From contig JABCSY010000118.1 in NCBI GenBank assembly GCA_018238625.1, positions 1 to 11,848 on the forward strand: DNA of 11,848 bases. The letters are read 5' to 3'. Of this stretch, positions 6,816 through 11,848 are shown piece by piece (within the stretch, counting starts at the first letter, position 1; each line of letters starts with the position of its first letter). This DNA is from Promethearchaeota archaeon. GTDB taxonomy: Archaea; Asgardarchaeota; Lokiarchaeia; Sigyniarchaeales; SOKP01. The notes under the pieces were generated by a model. It was not told where the DNA came from. It worked only from the letters and a program-made list of their open reading frames with translations, and ran no database searches. Both the position numbers and the translations under genes were made by a program.

Positions 6816-7649
6816 TTACAAGCTAAATAACGATAAACTTAGGGCCATGATTAACATCCCAGAAATGAGGCCTAAAATGGATATGTGTTCTTTACCTAGC
6901 GCTTTAGAGACGGGTAATAACTCATCTAAAGAGATATAGACCATAATTCCACCTACAATGCCTAATAAAGCACTTAATGAAACATTGTTGATAAAAGGGA
7001 AAAGGACAAGTCCCGTTATTAATGCGCCTATTGGTTCACTGATACCTGATAAGAAAGACCATTTAAAAGCTTTTTTTTTATCTCCTGTGCTAGCATAGAT
7101 CGGTACCGCAACAGCAATTCCTTCTGGAATGTTATGCAGAGCTATTGCTAAAGTTAATAACAAACCAAGTTCAACGTCCTTTACAGTTCCAATAAATGTT
7201 GCCATTCCTTCAGGAAAATTGTGAATAAACACACCTAAAAATATGAATAAAGAGCTTTTTGCTAATTTTACATTTTTTATTTCACCACGATACTTCTGAC
7301 GACTACGATGGCCACGATGAATATGTGGCTCATATTTGCCATTTTCGGTGACAAAAATTTCTATAGAATCCTCAAATTCATACTTATGGGATACAAAAAC
7401 GTCAATAGCAAGCATTATTAACATACCTATAAAGAAAAATACGAATCCTAGAAAAATTCCGTTTGTGTTTATACTTTCTTGTAGCAATTCTACGAAGGAA
7501 ATTAGTATCATTATTCCCGCTGAAAATCCCATTATAAAAGAAATAAATTTTGGACTAGGTTTTTTCATAGTAAACGCGATAAAGCTGCCCACTGTTGTAG
7601 ACAAACCAGCAAATAAACTCAATAAAAAAGCGAATAAAAAGATTTCCAA
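6816..7649 (-). CDS. zupT: ZIP-family zinc/divalent metal transporter ZupT
   Basis: AGLSTTVGS, GFSAGIMILISFVELL, IHNFPEG, LHNIPEGIAVAVP, SGISEPIGA and YISLDELLP motifs; His-containing loop HIHRGH; TTG start preceded by GAGGT. Confidence 0.95.
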   Translation of the reverse strand: MEIFLFAFLLSLFAGLSTTVGSFIAFTMKKPSPKFISFIMGFSAGIMILISFVELLQESINTNGIFLGFVFFFIGMLIMLAIDVFVSHKYEFEDSIEIFVTENGKYEPHIHRGHRSRQKYRGEIKNVKLAKSSLFIFLGVFIHNFPEGMATFIGTVKDVELGLLLTLAIALHNIPEGIAVAVPIYASTGDKKKAFKWSFLSGISEPIGALITGLVLFPFINNVSLSALLGIVGGIMVYISLDELLPVSKALGKEHISILGLISGMLIMALSLSLFSL

Positions 7650-7795
7650 ATTTTAAACCTCGTTACGATGAAATTCCAGTAATTTTACAAATCCCCTAAA
7701 TAATATCAAATAAATGCGAAATGATTTTATTTACATTATAAATAATATGGAATCGTTTTTTAACTATAGATAAAATCATTAAACGAGACTAAATC

Positions 7796-8824
7796 GTGAG
7801 AAATTTAAGCTTAGAGGACAAATTATTTTTTTTTGAAAGAAGTTTTTTTACTCTAGATGGACTTTGGATGATAGAGACGGAAGAGGAAACGAATTGGAAG
7901 GTCGCATTAAAGATTGATTTAGTTGTATGGAAGAAGTTGTTAAAAATCATTATTCGAAGGCTAACAAAATATTTAAAGATCGAGACAAATAATCTTAACG
8001 ACTTAATTGAAATTCTTACTTTTCGATGGTCTACAGAAGGTTGGGATTATGAACTGAAACAAAATGAATGCGATAAAGCAGAAATAATAATTAAAAAATG
8101 CCCTTATAAAGCGGCTATGGATCGAAATCCAGAACGTCAAGACAAAATTTCTTTAATCTGTAAAGACATGTGTATTCCATTCTATAAATCAATTATTAGA
8201 GATTTCAATACGGAAATAATTGTAAAAAGGACGATGTATATGGGATTAGGCGATGATTTCTGCGATTTCAACTTTTATTTAGATAAATCTCTTATAAGTG
8301 AAGAAGAAAAAGACGAATCTATTAAACCATTGAGGAGAATTAGTAAAGAAGATAAATTGTTTTATTTTGAAAGAAACTTTAGAACGCTCGACGGGTTGTG
8401 GGTAATAGAAACCGAAAACGAGATAGACTGGGATACGGCTCTAAAACTTGATATAATTGTATGGCAGAAATTATATAAAATCATATTTCGTAGAGTAAAA
8501 AAATATTTAAAGCTCGAGAGTAATTCTCTAAACGACTTAATAGAAATCCTTTCTTTTGTATGGAATTGTGAAGGCAATATCCATGAAATCATTCAAGAAG
8601 GCGAGAAGAAGGCAGTAATAAACATCACCAAATGTCCTTATATCGAAGCCATGGAAAGAAATCCTGATAGGCATCACAGAATAGAGTCAATTTGTAAAGA
8701 AATGTGCATCCCATATTTAAAACCAGTAATAACCGAATTCAACCCTAAAATTAAATATACGAGAGAGAAGTTTATCGGCACAGGGGATTCTGTGTGCGAT
8801 TTCATCCTAAAATTGGAGGAATAA
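7796..8824 (+). CDS. Tandem-duplicated DUF6125-like (V4R/ATC-hydrolase-like fold) Cys-containing protein
   Basis: Two ~160-aa repeats, each with EDKLFxFERxFxTLDGLW...KCPY..AMxRNP...ICKxMCIP...GDxxCDF. Family assignment is from recall of the DGLW and Cys pattern. Confidence 0.75.
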   Translation: MRNLSLEDKLFFFERSFFTLDGLWMIETEEETNWKVALKIDLVVWKKLLKIIIRRLTKYLKIETNNLNDLIEILTFRWSTEGWDYELKQNECDKAEIIIKKCPYKAAMDRNPERQDKISLICKDMCIPFYKSIIRDFNTEIIVKRTMYMGLGDDFCDFNFYLDKSLISEEEKDESIKPLRRISKEDKLFYFERNFRTLDGLWVIETENEIDWDTALKLDIIVWQKLYKIIFRRVKKYLKLESNSLNDLIEILSFVWNCEGNIHEIIQEGEKKAVINITKCPYIEAMERNPDRHHRIESICKEMCIPYLKPVITEFNPKIKYTREKFIGTGDSVCDFILKLEE

Positions 8825-8847
8825 AATAACATTGTATTAAATATAAA

Positions 8848-10713
8848 TTAATCATAAACCTTTTTGTAAAAACCAACTTGATTTTTAATAGTTGAGACTA
8901 TCAACTCTCTTTCATCGTCTGTTATTTCGTATAATTTAAATATTAAATCGTCAATCTCTCTTGATAAGTGAATGGTTTTATCATCTAATTTATCGTTGTT
9001 ATCGATAAGAGAATGGATTATCGCTTGTACTTTTTCGCTCAAATCTTTTTTATAATTGTGGTTAGCGTTTTTAATCGGTAAGTGTCTAATCATATATTGA
9101 TTTAAATTTATAGTCGTGTTCTTTTGGTTGTTTATCCCATAAAGACAATAGAATTGCATTAACGAAGAATTTAAAATTGCGCATAAGAATTTTAATTCGA
9201 TGTGGTCATCACTTATTATCGAATAAATTGAAGAGGTAAAACAAACATTTTCCCTACTGAAAGTTGCTTGAGGGAAAATATTGTTGTGCTTAATTAAAAG
9301 CTTTGGATTGGTATAAAATTCGAAATTTATTCCTTTTAAGATTTTTGGGTTTGCCATTTCGATGTTGAACGACTTATTCCTTTTAAAATTGTAATAATCA
9401 AAATCTTCCTTTGCTTTAATAAAAAAGCATGAGTTGTTAGTATTCTTTTCCATTAAACTCAAAATTTGCTTTAGACCTTTATCTTCTTCGCCTCGAATCA
9501 TATTTGGGATGTGTTTAATACTAAGATAATTTAAATCCCCTGTAATTTCTATTTTATTAATAAGGTCTATAATTTCCCTATTAGTTTTAATTCTAATTCG
9601 GTTTAAAGGAGTGGTTTTAGAATCGCAATAAGGGCATGTTCTATCAAATGTATAGGCGTAAATCTTTTTTTTGTGTGAACTGAGAGGGCATGTTGAATTA
9701 AAGCATATTCTTAAGGAATCGACATTTTGTTTTTGATATTTAGTAATTTTGCTATTTGGGTATTGATATATACTTAAGTCTTTGAGCGAGTTTAATTTTT
9801 TTTCGTAAAAAAGAATTTGAACTTCGTTTGTTGCATTTTTAAAAATATTAGGACCAACATCGTATATTCTAAGAAGATTCGCAATAGATAACAGACTTTC
9901 TCTAAAATTTACGTAGCCTTGCCTTAATAGAAAGCTTTTTGGTACTAAATATCCTATTATTCCATCCGTCCACGCAAGAGACTTTAGTAAAAATGCGCAG
10001 TAAATGTCGTTGTAAAAAATATTTTCTAATTTTAACTTTTTTTTTTGATTTCCGTCCAAAATATTCCCATAAGGAGGATTTCCAACAATAAGATCAAACT
10101 TAAACTTACTAGATTTTTCTAAACTATCTTCTAACAAAATATTCGACTTTAAAATCGATAAAAGTCTAGAATTATATGGATTTGATTCGTTATAACACCA
10201 CTTAAATAATTTTAAAATGCATAGTTTCCTAGCAGTATCATTAATTTCGGAGCCATAAAGATTTTCTAAAATTTCAAGCTTGATTTTGTTTACGTCAAAT
10301 TCAGAATTAAGTTTTTTAATTATTTTGCAAATTTGATTAGCGGAACTTAGGAGAAAAACACCGGAACCGCAAGCAGGATCGAAGATAGAAGCATTCAATA
10401 GATTCTGTTCGCAATCTTTCCTTACGCTATCCTCTAACTTAAAAATGTCGTTCAAGTTGTTAAATTGAGTATCCTTCATTTTTTTGCTTAAAAAAAGACT
10501 TAACGCTTGAGAAATCATAAAATCGGAAATATTTTTTTGAGTGTAATAAGCACCCTCTTTTTTTCTACTCCGATGCTCTTCTAAAAATTCTGCTTCAATA
10601 TTGCTTAGCTTTTTTAAGCTATCTGAAATTTCTTTATGATTTTGAGTTTCTATAGAATTGAGAATTGCTTTATATATTTCCTCAACTTTTTCGAGTTTTT
10701 CTTTCTCTCTCAT
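8848..10713 (-). CDS. N6-adenine DNA methyltransferase (gamma class, TaqI/Eco57I-M-like) with TaqI_C-like target recognition domain
   Basis: GAYYT (motif X), IFDPACGSGVFL (motif I), LYGSEIN, FDLIVGNPPY (motif IV), and C-terminal FLCAILNSSLMQFY...LPIK...IDDLIFKLYEITDDE. Confidence 0.92.
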   Translation of the reverse strand: MREKEKLEKVEEIYKAILNSIETQNHKEISDSLKKLSNIEAEFLEEHRSRKKEGAYYTQKNISDFMISQALSLFLSKKMKDTQFNNLNDIFKLEDSVRKDCEQNLLNASIFDPACGSGVFLLSSANQICKIIKKLNSEFDVNKIKLEILENLYGSEINDTARKLCILKLFKWCYNESNPYNSRLLSILKSNILLEDSLEKSSKFKFDLIVGNPPYGNILDGNQKKKLKLENIFYNDIYCAFLLKSLAWTDGIIGYLVPKSFLLRQGYVNFRESLLSIANLLRIYDVGPNIFKNATNEVQILFYEKKLNSLKDLSIYQYPNSKITKYQKQNVDSLRICFNSTCPLSSHKKKIYAYTFDRTCPYCDSKTTPLNRIRIKTNREIIDLINKIEITGDLNYLSIKHIPNMIRGEEDKGLKQILSLMEKNTNNSCFFIKAKEDFDYYNFKRNKSFNIEMANPKILKGINFEFYTNPKLLIKHNNIFPQATFSRENVCFTSSIYSIISDDHIELKFLCAILNSSLMQFYCLYGINNQKNTTINLNQYMIRHLPIKNANHNYKKDLSEKVQAIIHSLIDNNDKLDDKTIHLSREIDDLIFKLYEITDDERELIVSTIKNQVGFYKKVYD

Positions 10714-10784
10714 GGATTAAAACTTTTAACTAAAGAAATTTTACGATAATAATATCTTACTCCTTATGTTGTTTAATCTTTATC

Positions 10785-10792
10785 TTTTTATA
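10785..10792 (+). promoter_or_regulatory. TATA box for the 10821 gene
   Basis: TTTTTATA ends 28 nt before the ATG at 10821; no SD present. Confidence 0.5.
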
Positions 10793-10820
10793 GTTACATT
10801 TATTTATTATAATTAGAAGT

Positions 10821-11318
10821 ATGACGAATAACGAAGATGAAGAAGATTACAGTGGAGTCGCTCCAATCAAGCCTATCATAAAAAAATTGAAAAAAGAGTA
10901 CGATAAGGACCCTAGCGATTGGAGCGTTATAGGTTCAAAAGACGACCATGGAAATACAGATACTTTTATAATAAAAAAACCCAATACATATTGGTTAAAA
11001 TCTAAAATGCTCAGTCCTTATTCCTCGTTAACTATGGGTTCCGTTGTTCGAAATATTGACAGAGATATCGAGGAAGAAGCGGGAAAAGGAAAATCCTTAT
11101 CACCAGATGAAATTTTTCGTCTTTTTGGGATGGTTGTTCCCATAAAAAAAGATAAAAATATTGTAGCAGCGGGGATCGAAAAATACTCGCAACAACAGGG
11201 AAATTACTTAAAAAAAATCGTTGGCGAACGAAATTCGAATTTAGAATATCAAATGGCTAAAAGAATTGACGAGGAATTCACAAAGAAACATCCTCTAAGA
11301 AAGAATTTGTACATCTAA
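10821..11318 (+). CDS. Hypothetical soluble protein, 165 aa
   Basis: Non-overlapping ORF with ATG start, upstream TATA box and a downstream T-run near 11329-11335; no motif recognised. Confidence 0.75.
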   Translation: MTNNEDEEDYSGVAPIKPIIKKLKKEYDKDPSDWSVIGSKDDHGNTDTFIIKKPNTYWLKSKMLSPYSSLTMGSVVRNIDRDIEEEAGKGKSLSPDEIFRLFGMVVPIKKDKNIVAAGIEKYSQQQGNYLKKIVGERNSNLEYQMAKRIDEEFTKKHPLRKNLYI

Positions 11319-11375
11319 AGAAATGAACTTTTTTTGAAATACTCAGGAAACGAATTATAAGAAATTCAGAAAAAA

Positions 11376-11789
11376 TTAAATTTTGCTTGTTAAAGAGCTA
11401 AGCTCATCTTTGTTTTTTATAATTGGAAACTTTGAGGAATATTTTAACGAGTTATTGATTAATTCAGCAATAATGGTGCTCATTTTTTCGGGACCAGGTT
11501 TTCCTTCGAGCGTTTTAGCAAACTCCTTTATCATGGGTACTTTTAAGTCGTCAACATAAAAAGATACGCCTTTTTCAACTTCTTCAAGCAAAAATTGAAA
11601 AGACAAATCGGCAGCTCTCTCTGTGACAAAAAGGGGATTATCGGGTTCTTCGAAAGTATAGGAAATCTCTTTCCAGCGGGCTCCACTTGCATCTACAGGT
11701 ACCATACCAAAAATATAATCGCTGGTATAAATCCAGAACGGAATACCATTATCAAACGAAGAGTTAACAATTGTTACGAAGTCACTCAT
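11376..11789 (-). CDS. Hypothetical acidic soluble protein, 137 aa
   Basis: Non-overlapping ORF convergent on 10821-11318, with TTTATA about 23 nt upstream on the minus strand and protein-like composition; no family recognised. Confidence 0.75.
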   Translation of the reverse strand: MSDFVTIVNSSFDNGIPFWIYTSDYIFGMVPVDASGARWKEISYTFEEPDNPLFVTERAADLSFQFLLEEVEKGVSFYVDDLKVPMIKEFAKTLEGKPGPEKMSTIIAELINNSLKYSSKFPIIKNKDELSSLTSKI

Positions 11790-11848
11790 ATTAAATCAAT
11801 TTTCTCAAATTCTATAAATTTTCTTATATAAGTTGATAATTAAGATTT

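Noticed and set aside
123-11831. Short shadow ORFs (123-341, 858-1058, 1963-2484, 2060-2242, 3830-4180, 5512-5853, 6092-6313, 7336-7656, 8362-8592, 11595-11831)
   Set aside because: All are antisense to better-supported genes and have no recognisable motifs.
1-11848. CRISPR array, tRNA/rRNA genes, integrase or transposase
   Set aside because: I saw no regularly spaced repeats, no GC-rich structured RNA segment and no mobile-element motifs.

Overview
AT-rich (roughly 30% GC by eye), gene-dense archaeal-looking window. It has TTTTTAT-type TATA boxes 22-32 nt before start codons, GAGGTGA-type Shine-Dalgarno (SD) sites and oligo-T terminators. Gene content is compatible with an Asgard/Lokiarchaeia-like genome, but that taxonomy is an inference. 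Gene order: 5'-truncated membrane protein; minus-strand operon of ABC ATPase, ABC-2 permease and a membrane-anchored surface glycoprotein; a small ribbon-helix-helix (RHH) regulator; CaCA-family cation exchanger; amidohydrolase; ZupT/ZIP transporter; tandem DUF6125/V4R-like Cys protein; solitary N6-adenine DNA methyltransferase with a Zn-ribbon insert; two hypotheticals. The main finding is that the RHH regulator gene is split by a 40-nt insertion (4620-4659) whose ends fold into a bulge-helix-bulge (BHB) motif. Cutting at the standard tRNA-splicing-endonuclease positions restores a complete 53-aa RHH (MKLITCHVPE|AYLAGIEDL...). This is a candidate tRNA-type intron in a transcription-factor mRNA, which the ORF track misses.
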